Of a DNA stretch of 64,000 bases, positions 11,941 to 23,734 are shown piece after piece. The stretch is from NCBI RefSeq assembly GCF_006345805.1, contig NC_042997.1:52948001-53012000 (forward strand), in the 5' to 3' direction. The notes under the pieces were generated by a model. The model did no database searches, was not told the origin of the DNA, and saw only the letters and a list, made by a program, of their open reading frames with translations. The translations under genes were made by a program, and so were the position numbers. Position 1 is the stretch's first letter; every line of letters begins with the position of its first letter. Source of the stretch: Octopus sinensis. Its lineage: Eukaryota.

Positions 11941-12854
11941 CTGTTTCTGTCATCTTTGTGTGGTTTCTGCTGCTGAATTTTGATTTTCGAAAAATGTGTG
12001 ATTTTGGATTATTGATTTTTGAGAATTTTAGGGAGTAAAAAGACATTTATAGGAACAGTGATTCACAGGAACAGGATCTATCTTATGAGAAGCAACGGAA
12101 AAAGAGACTTAGGATCAGCCCAAATAACGTATGCATGGTACATTGTATCATTCAGGTAGCATCTGCTAAACATTGACAACAACAACAAAAACAAATCAAC
12201 AATCAAGCGCTCAAAAATGCTATATATAAACTGAGAATGTTTTTGCATTTTCCCTGTTGAACGCAGCTAGAAGTCTTTTTTTATAATGGAGAAACGGATC
12301 CCAGAGTACTGATGATTTCATCAAGCTTAAACAACGTAGCTCAACGTAGGCACCTGACTCAGAGTACTTTAACTACGATGACCTGTTTGTGAAGCAGTGT
12401 CAAAGGGAATTGGATTAATCCAATTTTTAAAAAAACTTGTTTCAAAAGTCAAAATTTTATATTCTAGAATGCATCGTACTTTGACACCTCGAGTGGAGCG
12501 ATGTCGAAATTAAATCAATCGAGAAATGTATTGCTGTTGTTGTTGTTTGGTGGACTGGCCCATCTGGAGAGGATTCTGTCTAGCAATTACGCAAGTTACC
12601 AAAAAGGTCACACACTTCAGAACCAAAAACTGTTATCCCGTACCATTTAGATATATTTCTCTTTCTCTGCTAACACGCAGTCACTAAAGAACTACATAAC
12701 GTTATTAGACGATATACACAGGAGAGATATGGTATACAGTCATCCGAAGAGTTCCTAGAGATCTAAGACGAAACCAACAAAATAGAAGCCTCCACCTTAG
12801 AAAGTCTATTCACCAACAACGATTCGATGGGAAAAACAATAGAGGTCATATTGG

Positions 12855-13075
12855 CTTCAAATTTTGGCAAAAAGCCAGTTATTTGGGGGAAGGGCGGATG
12901 GGTGGTAGATCGATTACATTGACCCCAGGGCTCAACTATACTTATTTTATCGACCTCGAAAAGATGAAAGGCCAAGTCGACCTCGGCGGAATTTAAGTAC
13001 GGAAGGTACAGACGGACGAAATGTCGCTAAACATTTTACTCGGCGTGCTAACAGTTCGACCGGCCCGCTGCCTTA
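12855..13075 (-). mobile_element. SINE family A copy
   Basis: Family A body; flanks caatagaggtcatatt and caatagaaatcatatt resemble a TSD. Confidence 0.8.
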
Positions 13076-13464
13076 AGCAATAGAAATCATATTATATAAT
13101 GTACGTAACCCCTAAGGATTACCTCACCTACAATGCCAACGAAGATACGGAAGAAGTTGTATCCTGGTAAATAATATAAGCAAAAAAGTAGGGTCGCTAT
13201 GAATTTATATTTAAAAAGCTCACATTCATGACACTCTACATAGCCATAATAAAGAACAAAATGTAACCAAGTTACAGGCTATGAAGATAATATATTCGTC
13301 GTAATGGAAAGACAGGATGGTTGATTGAGAAACTCGACTGTTCCCAATAAAACGTGAAAAACTCATATGGAAATATGAGAAAGAGAAAGTAAAAAGAAAC
13401 TTGATAAAAACACTAAAGCTAAAACATAGTCGCGTATTAATGTAAAATGCCTAAGAGAAAAGCT

Positions 13465-13514
13465 TTTGCCGATACATACATATATGCATGCATGTATATA
13501 TGTGTGTATGTGTT

Positions 13515-13568
<54 letters not shown>

Positions 13569-13579
13569 TTATACATATA

Positions 13580-13671
<92 letters not shown>

Positions 13672-13697
13672 GTGTGTGTGTGTTTTGTATATATCTC

Positions 13698-13743
<46 letters not shown>

Positions 13744-13840
13744 ACTGCCCAAGCTTGCAAAATTAAATTTAATTGTCAGCTGTAATTTTATTGTACACAC
13801 ACGCGCACACCTACGCACACACCCACAAACATTCATTCGA

Positions 13841-13872
<32 letters not shown>

Positions 13873-13915
13873 GCGCACAGAGACACACACACGCACACGC
13901 ACACGTATGTGTTGT
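13465..13915. repeat. (TA)n/(TG)n/(CA)n microsatellites
   Basis: Direct reading. Confidence 0.9.
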
Positions 13916-14369
13916 GTATACAATAATTTAAATAACAGTTGACAATTTAATTATATCAGCTGTTAATTCATATATTACATTATGATACTCTACTAGCGTG
14001 TTGAGTATTATTTAACTTTGTTGCTTATAATTACAAAGAAGCTATATATATGCTGATGCGTGGGTGTTTATACATGTAAATCTAATTATATTTACAAACG
14101 CACGCGCATTTACACTCGTAAACACTCTCGTACAAACAAACGCCCACACTGATTTCAGGTACGCCATTTCGTAATTTTCCACGCAAGTCTTCCTGAGAAG
14201 CTACGTATTTCCTATTACAAGACCGACGAACTGTGTGGAATCCATATCGTTTGTTAAATTGCGTATATTTTTTTGACAATAAATAGTGATTAATCACATC
14301 GAAAGCCTCATGGGATCAACAAAAGCTTTATATTATTTTCCTTTGTTCAAACACATCCTTTATATATTA

Positions 14370-15354
14370 CACTGGTCGACACATATTTTCTGGCACAAGG
14401 CTTATCAATGTTTTTATTTTTTTTATTTAATTTAATTAATTAATTTATTTATTTTTGCTAATTTTGGGAGCTGAATCCAAATCTAGCATCAGATTTTGCC
14501 TTATCACAGCAGATTTTTGAAATATAAAGTCATTTAGTTTTGCTGTAAACAGCTTTGAATGCTCATGAAAGAAGAATTAAACATATGTAGTTAATAGACA
14601 TTATGTCTTTGTTTTTAATCTAATAAATTAAAACACAAAGTTGTGGGAGTAAATGCACATTAGCATGTAAGAATTAAACTTGGTGATAACAAAACATGAA
14701 AATAAAATCTCAATTCACCGTGGTCATTCATTCAGATCATCTTATTACTGCAAGAACTTCCTATTTTTGACAATCCCTTGTACACAGCTTCTTGAATATC
14801 TCTCATCAAGTTCCAGCAGTAATCTGTCATCATGTTTTAAGTACCAACGGCCTTGGTAGCGTTCTTACATTACTTTTACATTTTGATGAAAACATTCACC
14901 TTGTTCTTCGATAACAGGCTCTCTGGGAATTCGTCCAAGTAGTGCAACTTGATGTTCATTCTACATCCAAGTGCTTGCACACTCAAGAGCAGCTCCTCCA
15001 CTGTCTCTTGATAGCTGTCAGCACGTCCTTCTTTTTGATATAGTATCCATCCATAACTAGATCATAGTGGTCCAGTTCATACCTAAAAAAAAAAGTGGGA
15101 GGGTTTTAAAGCAAAACTCAGCTTGAACATATGATCCAAAATTAGCATGACATTCCAACAAAAAATTATCGCAAATAGTGGTGTAAAGTTAACTTTTGGC
15201 ATGCTCCAGGTAAATAAAGTATATACCAATAGCACACAAAATGTGATGTTATAGAACAAATCTGAGGTCAGTTTTGGAATCAGCACCCAAAAATTTGTCA
15301 AGAACAGCTCTAAGATTTTATGCCAAGTGCCAAGTTTTATTTTGTTGACCAGTG
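14370..15354 (-). mobile_element. Internally deleted Chapaev3-like DNA transposon
   Basis: Imperfect TIRs of about 28 bp: cactggtcgacac..tggcac (14370) and gtgccaag..gttgaccagtg (15354). Minus-strand remnant ALGCRMNIKLHYLDEFPESL..EEQGECFHQ..ERYQGRW..MMTDYCWNL (about 14775-15025). Confidence 0.75.
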
Positions 15355-15499
15355 ATATTGGTTAGCTCGAAGTTTTAACTTGCAGGAAGAAATCCCATGT
15401 GATTATTCTAGGCGCAAATCGACTTATTAACACTTTTACTTAACTGTTTTGTCAATGTCAACATAGTAACTAAGTAACCAGCTATTTACTCACACACAC

Positions 15500-15540
<41 letters not shown>

Positions 15541-15543
<3 letters not shown>

Positions 15544-15944
15544 TTATATATAAAAGTGAAGTTGTGTGTCTGTCTCCTACGATTTAGATTCCTAACTACT
15601 CCCACATTTTGCGGTGCAGTTTAACCAAAACCGGGTATCTTATAGTCGTGATTCATATCGAGCCCTTCTGGGTATTAGCGCGCGTTTACAATGAGTCTAC
15701 GATTTAAAAAAAAAATTACCATCATTTTTTTTTTTTCCATTTTAATGCATTTTTTCGCTATTATATAAGGGAAGTAACTCTCTAAAAATGTCTAGATGAG
15801 TCAACGATTTAAAAAAAAATTTACCATAATTTTTTTTCCATTTTAATGCATTTTTTTTGTTGTTATTTTTTGACTATAACTCTCTAAAAATTCTTATATA
15901 GTTATTTCCCTTACAAACCCGAGCAACGCCGGGCGATACTGCTA

Positions 15945-15945
<1 letters not shown>
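15541..15945 (+). mobile_element. Non-autonomous Helitron, copy 1
   Basis: 5' TC, 3' hairpin cccgagcaacgccggg (15918-15933), CTAG end, A|T target within (TA)n. Confidence 0.85.
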
Positions 15946-15987
<42 letters not shown>

Positions 15988-15990
15988 ATA

Positions 15991-16389
15991 TCTTTATATA
16001 TAAAAGTGAAGTTGTGTGTCTGTCTCCTACGATTTAGATTCCTAACTACTCCCACATTTTGCGGTGCAGTTTAACCAAAACCGGGTATCTTATAGTCGTG
16101 ATTCATATCGAGCCCTTCTGGGTATTAGCGCGCGTTTACAATGAGTCTACGATTTAAAAAAAAAATTACCATCATTTTTTTCCATTTTAATGCATTTTTT
16201 CGCTATTATATAAGGGAAGTAACTCTCTAAAAATGTCTAGATGAGTCAACGATTTAAAAAAAAATTTACCATAATTTTTTTTCCATTTTTAATGCATTTT
16301 TTTTTTGCTATTTTTTGACTATAACTCTCTAAAAATTCTTATATAGTTATTTCCCTTACAAACCCGAGCAACGCCGGGCGATACTGCTA

Positions 16390-16390
<1 letters not shown>
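15991..16390 (+). mobile_element. Non-autonomous Helitron, copy 2 (near-identical tandem copy)
   Basis: Same termini and internal repeat of about 110 bp as copy 1; differs almost only in homopolymer lengths. Confidence 0.85.
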
Positions 16391-16430
<40 letters not shown>

Positions 16431-16609
16431 ATTACAGTTGTAACGATTTCAGATAAAAAAGAATTTCTAAAGTTACTTTCATTTTTTATATTCCCCTCCG
16501 GCTTTCTGTTTGTGTAAGATATATACTTATGTGAGTGTGTGTGTGTGAGAAAAAAAAATTTCATTCGGAGATTTCATTTAATTGATCAATTGTCAACAGG
16601 CCATAAACT

Positions 16610-17245
16610 ACAGATTCCTACTCCCCACCGGACTTTGGACGAGCATAACTTTCAGAAAAATTGATATTTCTTAATGAAATTTTCTACGAATATGTGTTAT
16701 ATCATGTAGATTCAGAATATAGAAAATTGAGGGTAGGGGTGTTTTAGGAGGGGTGGGGGACAATTAAATTGTTTGCAAATATACCTCGGACTATGTAGAT
16801 TCCGATCATAGAGGAATTTGGGGGGGAAACAATTGGGGGTTATTTTTGAGTACTGTTCCCCACTTGGGTACGTTTCGGAACAAGTCGTCCATTTTTGTTA
16901 CACTTTCTCTGTTTTGTACGTTTGTGCATCCGTAGATTTCTACTGAAGCAACAAGCAATTAAGGCAAATGAAGCCCTCACTAGAAAGTTCATGCTAAAAG
17001 TAACAGCTAAATGTCTGGTACACAGATATATGTTATTAAGAAGACTTATCTGTTGCATACGTTTTTTTTTACTTTAAGTAAATTCCCAGGTAAACGGTTC
17101 TAATAGAAAGTCAGATGACACCAGAAGCAAAAGTAAGGAATATACACGCGCAATTAAATATAGAAATGTAAAGTATAATTTGTTACATAATCTCTATTAT
17201 AAACTTAATATTAAATGGAATAATTCCCCGTTTGAACTTTTCCAT

Positions 17246-17337
<92 letters not shown>

Positions 17338-17900
17338 AGGACACTGAAACTAAGCATACCATCCCTTTGTGCTTTTTTTCTCTACGGATTCCGACCTTCT
17401 CTCCAACGGAGATTCTGAATATGGAAATAAATCTACTTTTAGACTTTTTAATACACCCCCTCCTTAACTTTTCAATTTTTCCCCGAAATTTTACGACTAG
17501 GGTTAAAGGTTATATACGGATGCACAAACACACTAAACGGAGAAACTGAAACAAATATGGACTTTTTCCGAAACACCCATCAATGGGGAACAGTTCACGA
17601 AAATAACCCCCAATTGTTTCCCCCCACTCCAAATACTATATGCTTGGAATCTACATAGTCCGTGGTATATTTATAGACAGTTTCATTAAAAAAATATCCA
17701 TTTTCCTGAAAGTTAAGATGAATTGAAGTGAACTCCGGTGAATTTTCCGAAAATCCTCCCCACCCCCTCTTAAAGCACTCCCCCCACCAAGTTTTGTATA
17801 TTCATAATCTATATGATATAACACATATTCGTATAAAATTTCATTAAAAATATCCATTTTTCTGAAAGTTATGATCATCGAAAGTCGGGGGTGGAGCAGA
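16610..17900. repeat. Long imperfect inverted repeat (arms about 16610-16935 and 17513-17900)
   Basis: ggactatgtagattcc..gaaacaattgggggttattt at left versus aaataacccccaattgtttc..ggaatctacatagtcc at right; also the gtttgtgcatccgta / tacggatgcacaaac pair. Confidence 0.75.
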
Positions 17901-18960
17901 AAGCCCGTGGTGAGATGGTACCAACTGTCAATGATCTCATAACGCATGTGCTCCCAAACATTGCACAAACTTTAGCAACAGTCAATGGCTCTGTGAGTGA
18001 GCCATCTCAGTTCCACGTAATGATGCTGTCAACAAAATCAACTGGGATCTCCTGTAGCAAGCCCGGACAAGAACAGCCTTTCAAATCCCTCGACACTGTC
18101 TTTGATCAGGACCAGGCTGTAGTTTTTCCGAGTTTCTGAACTCTCTACAGCCACCTGAGAGGCTACCTCACCACTTAACACTTACAAAGGGGGCCCCAAT
18201 CATGCTGCTCAGGAATCTGGATCCACTTCGTCTGTGCAATGGCACCAGACTGGTGGTGAAAGCGATGCGACCCCATGTCCTAGAGGCAACAATTGTGACT
18301 GGGAACTATAAGGGTGAGAATGTCTTCATTCCACGGATCCCGTTAATACCATATGACCTCCTCTTTGAATTTAAACGGTTCCAGTTCCCAGTGAAACTAA
18401 GTTTCGCTATGTCAATAAACAAGTCTCAAGAACAGTCTCTCCAGGTTGTTGGACTTCACCTTGCTTCTCTCATGGGCAATTATACGTAGGATGTTCGCGA
18501 GTTGGAAATCCCCATAATCTTTTCATTTATACACCAATTAAAGGACACACTCAAAACATCGTAAAATTAGAAGCTCTAGATAATTAAACTGTGATTGATT
18601 TCCGGATTTGTTTCAATACATTTGTTTATATTCACATTATCTGATAGAATTTTTGTTAAATGTACTTATTAACGGAAGGGGAGCACCTGCAGGCCAGTTC
18701 TTCTCAAATTCATGCATTTTCAGGTTCAAAGTGTTTCAAATAAGTACTGACAATTGAAGGTGATTGCAAAGACAAGAACTACCTGGTTTCTTAACAATTT
18801 TAATAGTGAGAACATCGGATAAAAATGTTATTGACATTAATAGTTTGTACCCCAGCTAATTACTGTTGAGAACTGCATAATCCATGTTTCATTTTAGAGA
18901 TTTAAAAGGCATACTTAAATTTCATTATTTTCAATAACCTGGAAAACGCCGGGTTATTAA
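17900..18960 (+). mobile_element. 3' part of an autonomous-type Helitron (PIF1-family helicase C-terminus plus terminal hairpin)
   Basis: [24 protein letters not shown]...[10 protein letters not shown]...[21 protein letters not shown], then [12 protein letters not shown] after a frameshift. Hairpin aataacctgg-aaaacg-ccgggttatt at 18933-18958; terminal CTAG degenerate. Confidence 0.9.
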
Positions 18961-19042
18961 CGTATAAAGTTGGTATATATATATATCTATATACATACAT
19001 ATATACACATGTATATATAAATACACATACATATATGTACAT

Positions 19043-19077
<35 letters not shown>

Positions 19078-19135
19078 CATACGTACATACATATACACAC
19101 ATATACATAAATATACACATATATGTATACACACG

Positions 19136-19179
<44 letters not shown>

Positions 19180-19780
19180 TAAATTAGAGACAAAACCACT
19201 ATTATGCAAATCAAACAAAGAAAGACTTAATCCAATACATAAATTATTTTATATTATTTAGAAATTTAACAATTATTCATATCCACTACGATCGTTTCAT
19301 GTCTTCTTTTCATCACATCTTTGAGTAGTAGATATTCTTCAGGTGGTTTCAAATATTCTTGGCGAGTTTAAACTATATATATATATATATATACATACAC
19401 ATACACAAACGTCCGCGCACGCACGAACACACACACATACATTCATACAGACACACTTCTAAGTTGCTCGATTTATATTTTTTTCCGTTAATTCTGTATC
19501 GTAATTTAATGCCATGGTTTATAATGCCCTTGTGGAGTCCTTAGAGAAATCATCATCGCGGTGGAAACTTTCAAGTGTTGGACTAAATACATTATAGTAA
19601 ATATGACTCATTACGCACCCATTTAAGTTTCATCAATGTTGGTTTTACTTTCCATACCTTGTGATACAACGTTGATAAAAAGAAATACTAGCCGTTTACA
19701 GCATGTATTCAATTGATGATACCTTTCCCCTACACGTATAGAGCGAATTCAAATGATTATGCTCTATCAAACAGCATTTG

Positions 19781-20204
19781 GGATCTCTTCGGTTTGAACG
19801 GCAGTTTTTCTAGCGGTGTCATATGAAATTGTCACCCATAATTATGACCCTAGTATCGATCTATTGCATTTCAATCTGTTTTGGGGTTAGGGTTAGTTAG
19901 GGTTAGGGGTGGGGGGAAGGGTATCTTTTTTTTTCACAAATGTAAATAAACCCAATCTGTTTCTTAAACGAGGGACATATTCATACGGCACAGAATGTTT
20001 TCACCTCAATAGACGTCATTGATTGGTTGAAGTTACAGAAATTGAAGAAAAAAACAACAAATATCTTATAAACTATAGAATTTTCTCAATAAAGCAAAGA
20101 GAAAAAAATGTTTTACAAACACATTCTGCCAGTATACGAAGTTTAAAAGTGTTTAGTTACGTGGAAATTATTTTAAAAAACTGCCGTTCAAACCGAAAAG
20201 ATCC
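19781..20204. mobile_element. MITE with 29-bp TIRs starting GG and an 8-bp TSD (Merlin-like)
   Basis: ggatctcttcggtttgaacggcagttttt / aaaaactgccgttcaaaccgaaaagatcc; flanks agcatttg and agcaattg. Confidence 0.75.
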
Positions 20205-20330
20205 AGCAATTGAAATATTTAACAATTGTAAGAAAAATATCTACATGTTCCTTTCCGTAAAAGGGACGAATAACCAAATCAACCTTTGTGATATGTTGAG
20301 CCCAAAAGTTATCTTTCCTCTTATTCATAT

Positions 20331-20376
<46 letters not shown>

Positions 20377-20674
20377 TGGGAGGAAGGATTAAACATTACA
20401 TTATTAATTCTGCTTGTATTGTTCTTATACCAGTCTCAGTGTTTTGGCTGAGGTCTATCAAGGAACAGTTCTGCCATTTACTGAACACCGGGCACACGAT
20501 TTCGAGATTGATAACTGTTAAGATACTTCTGGTGGTATATCGTCTGAATTTCATTCCATTGTGAAACTAAATGTACTTACATGTTATTTCGATATATTGA
20601 ATTTTCTAGTTTGATAGTTTTGAGTTATGGATTTGCTACTCAATCTTAATGATAGTCACATATATATAACATGG

Positions 20675-21067
20675 TGGAGGCGCAATGGCCCAGTGGTTAG
20701 GGCAGCGGACTCGCGGTCATAGGATCGCGGTTTCGATTCCCAGACCGGGCGTTGTGAGTGTTTATTGAGCGAAAACACCTTTTGCTCCATGAGGCTCCGG
20801 CAGGGGATGGTGGTGATCCCTGCTGTACTCTTTCAACACAACTTTCTCTCACTCTTACTTCCTGTTTCTGTTGTACCTGTATTCCAAAGGGCCGGCCTTG
20901 TCACTCTCTGTGTCACGCTGGATATCCCCGAGAACCACGTTAAGGGTACACGTGTCTGTGGAGTGCTCAGCCACTTACACGTTAATTTCACGAGCAGGCT
21001 GTTCCGTTGATTCGGATCAACCGGAACCCTCGTCGTCGTAACCGACGGAGTGCTCCCCCCCCCCCCC
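20675..21067 (+). mobile_element. tRNA-derived SINE family C, full-length
   Basis: A-box TGGCCCAGTGG, B-box-like GTTTCGATTCCC, 3' hairpin cgtcg-taac-cgacg, 11-bp TSD atataacatgg (20664-20674 / 21068-21078). Confidence 0.9.
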
Positions 21068-21634
21068 ATATAACATGGCTTCACATCCTCCTCTCACCAC
21101 TACCTTTTGCTCTGTTTAAGGATTCTGGAACACTGTCTTCTTGTGATCAATACTAATAAAGAGCTATTTAAATGTCTATTTGATTGATTGATTATCGGCT
21201 ATATTGTTATCTATTCTCGGTGTACAATACTTTTTAAGATGATCAAGGACTTTTAACGTCATTATGAATGACAACACGAGGCATTTTTGCTGTTGTATAA
21301 ATACAATGATGTTGGCGGTGGTGATTTCTACTTGAAACCAAATGACTACTGGAAACAAAATCTTCCCCACCAACCGAAACAATAAAATAGTTGACAGGCT
21401 GTTGCGGCGTGGGAGAACGATGGAAAGGTTGGGTAAAGAAAGGAACGGTCGTATTTAGTGGAGGGAATTTTCGCTCCTGTTTTAACTGTACGACAGCTGA
21501 ATAGCGGAGAATAAAGGGGCAGGCGATATATAGCTATCTTTTACAAAAAACACGAATTTCTAACTGTGCACTAGTCGTCTCTTTTAACATTTAAAGAACT
21601 CCAAAAAGACACTAGTATCTCAGAAACACACACA

Positions 21635-21667
<33 letters not shown>

Positions 21668-22099
21668 GTAATATGGATATTCCTGAAAATGTTTCGATAC
21701 ACACGCATATGATAAGGATATTTACACAATTTATACACGTTTATACACATTTTGCAATTTATACAATTTCATCATTAAGTTAGACATGGCCTGGACCAAT
21801 CTTTGGTCGAAACATATCTCAGTTTTATCTAAGTTTTATACACAATTTATACATACCACTAGATATCGTGTGTGTGTGTGTGTGGTGTGTGTGTGTATGT
21901 GCATGTATACTACAGTGATTGTGTGCGCGCGTGCGCGTGCACACACGCACACGTGAACACACACACACACAAGATTAATCAAAATTAGTGGAAGTCTAAT
22001 TTCCTTGAAATCCGAACCTGGAACTAAGTGGTTGCGAAAGCGAAATTTCGCCACACGGCTATGTGTGTCGTATCTGCACCAAGGCAATAAGTATACACA

Positions 22100-22100
22100 C

Positions 22101-22156
<56 letters not shown>

Positions 22157-22183
22157 GTCTATCTGTCTATCTGTCTGTCTGTA

Positions 22184-22215
<32 letters not shown>
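22100..22215. repeat. (TCTA)n(TCTG)n tetranucleotide repeat
   Basis: Direct reading. Confidence 0.95.
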
Positions 22216-22218
<3 letters not shown>

Positions 22219-22281
22219 GTATACACACACATCTATACTTGCATATGTACACGTATATGTATATGTGTTTATATATATATA

Positions 22282-22646
22282 CTCTTTTATTTTTTCTTGT
22301 TTCCAGTGACCATGCTGGAGCACCGCCAGAATTTATTTTTAAAGCTTAGTACTTATTCTATCAGTCTTTTTTGCGAACCGCTAATTTACAGGAACGTAAA
22401 CACACCAACACTGGTTGTCAGGCGGTGATGGGGGACAAACACAGACAGAAAGACACACACATAGATATTCATATAAGCATATATATGACGAATTTCTTTC
22501 AGTTTCCGTCTCCCAAATCTACTCACAAAGCTTTGGTCGGCCCGAGAAAATAGTAGAAGACAACTTACTTGTCCACAGTGCCACGCTGTGGGACTGAACC
22601 CGGAACCATGTTGTTATGAAGCAAGCTTCCTACTACACAGCCACGC
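22282..22646 (-). mobile_element. SINE family B, full-length
   Basis: Same as 9620-9996 and 53130-53519. Confidence 0.85.
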
Positions 22647-22653
22647 CAATGCC

Positions 22654-22704
<51 letters not shown>

Positions 22705-23407
22705 TGTGTGTGTGTGTGTGGTGTGTGTGTGTGTGTGTATGTATCTGGGTTCGTGTGTTTGCATGTTGTTTGCGCACACGCCTCTGAGTTTGAATTGTAC
22801 ACACATTCACACGTATATACACCACACACACACACATACATATAATCACACACGAACGTTGAATTATGGTTGAACGAATGAGAGAAGAAGGCTCAATACA
22901 TTTTGTAGTATATATAACTCATTAAATCTTTAACTAGTTTCAGCTCGTGAGCTACGGCCAAGCTTGAACACCGCCGTTAGCTTTTCTATACCTTCACTAT
23001 TTGCAACCTTCTCTGATATGTGGCATTTAGTGAATGGGGAACTTTGATGCTGCTGCCCTCATTTGCATTTCCTGCCATGAGGTAGGCCCACCAGAAACTC
23101 TTGACGGGTGGAGGTCCAGTTTTGTTTTGGAGACACCTACATCCACCTCATTCAGGTCTCTCAGGCTTTTGTGGAGAATACTGAAGTGCTGTGGGCCCTT
23201 GAAACCTTAGCTGTTGCAGTATCGTTTCTGTGTCTTGATGGCGAAGTTCAGATCTTCGGCATTATGTAGTTCTGCTGTTTGAGTAACTTTCAATGCCAAA
23301 GTTTGATACAAGTCCTTCCAGAATTTTCCAGATATATATCACTGCATATATCCGGCCAGCCATCTGCATTTTATTGCACCTAGAAAGCTGCATCATTACT
23401 CATGTCA

Positions 23408-23734
23408 TTCACTCATTGACACTCAGTTACAACGACAAGGATTCCAGTCGATCCGATCAACAGAACAGCTTGCTCGTGAAATTAACGTGCAAGTGGCAGA
23501 GCACTCCACAGACACGCATACCCTTAACGTAGTTCTCAGAGTGATTCAGCATGACACAGGATGTGACAAGGCTGGACCTTTGAAATACAGGTATTACTCA
23601 TTTATGCCAACTGAGTGAACAGGAGCTATGTGAAAAAAGTATCTTGCTCAAGGACACAACATGCCATCAGGTTTCGAACTTATCACATTACGATCTTGAG
23701 CCGAATACTCTAACTGCTTAACCACGCGCCTTCA
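23408..23734 (-). mobile_element. SINE with family D head/CORE-like block and family C 3' half, inserted in the LINE
   Basis: 14-bp TSD cattactc(a/g)tgtca at 23394-23407 and 23735-23748. 3' half matches 20870-21050. Confidence 0.8.

Noticed and set aside
19883-19910. Interstitial telomere or chromosome-fusion scar
   Set aside because: Only about 3 TTAGGG units, and they lie inside a TIR-bounded MITE.
20675-20755. tRNA gene candidates at SINE heads (also 26561, 40723, 4300-4345)
   Set aside because: A/B boxes are present, but acceptor and anticodon stems do not pair fully and the sequence runs into SINE bodies with TSDs.
21176-21382. 68-aa minus-strand ORF next to a CpG-rich patch (21400-21530)
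   Set aside because: No recognisable domain or convincing splice signals; length is within random expectation.
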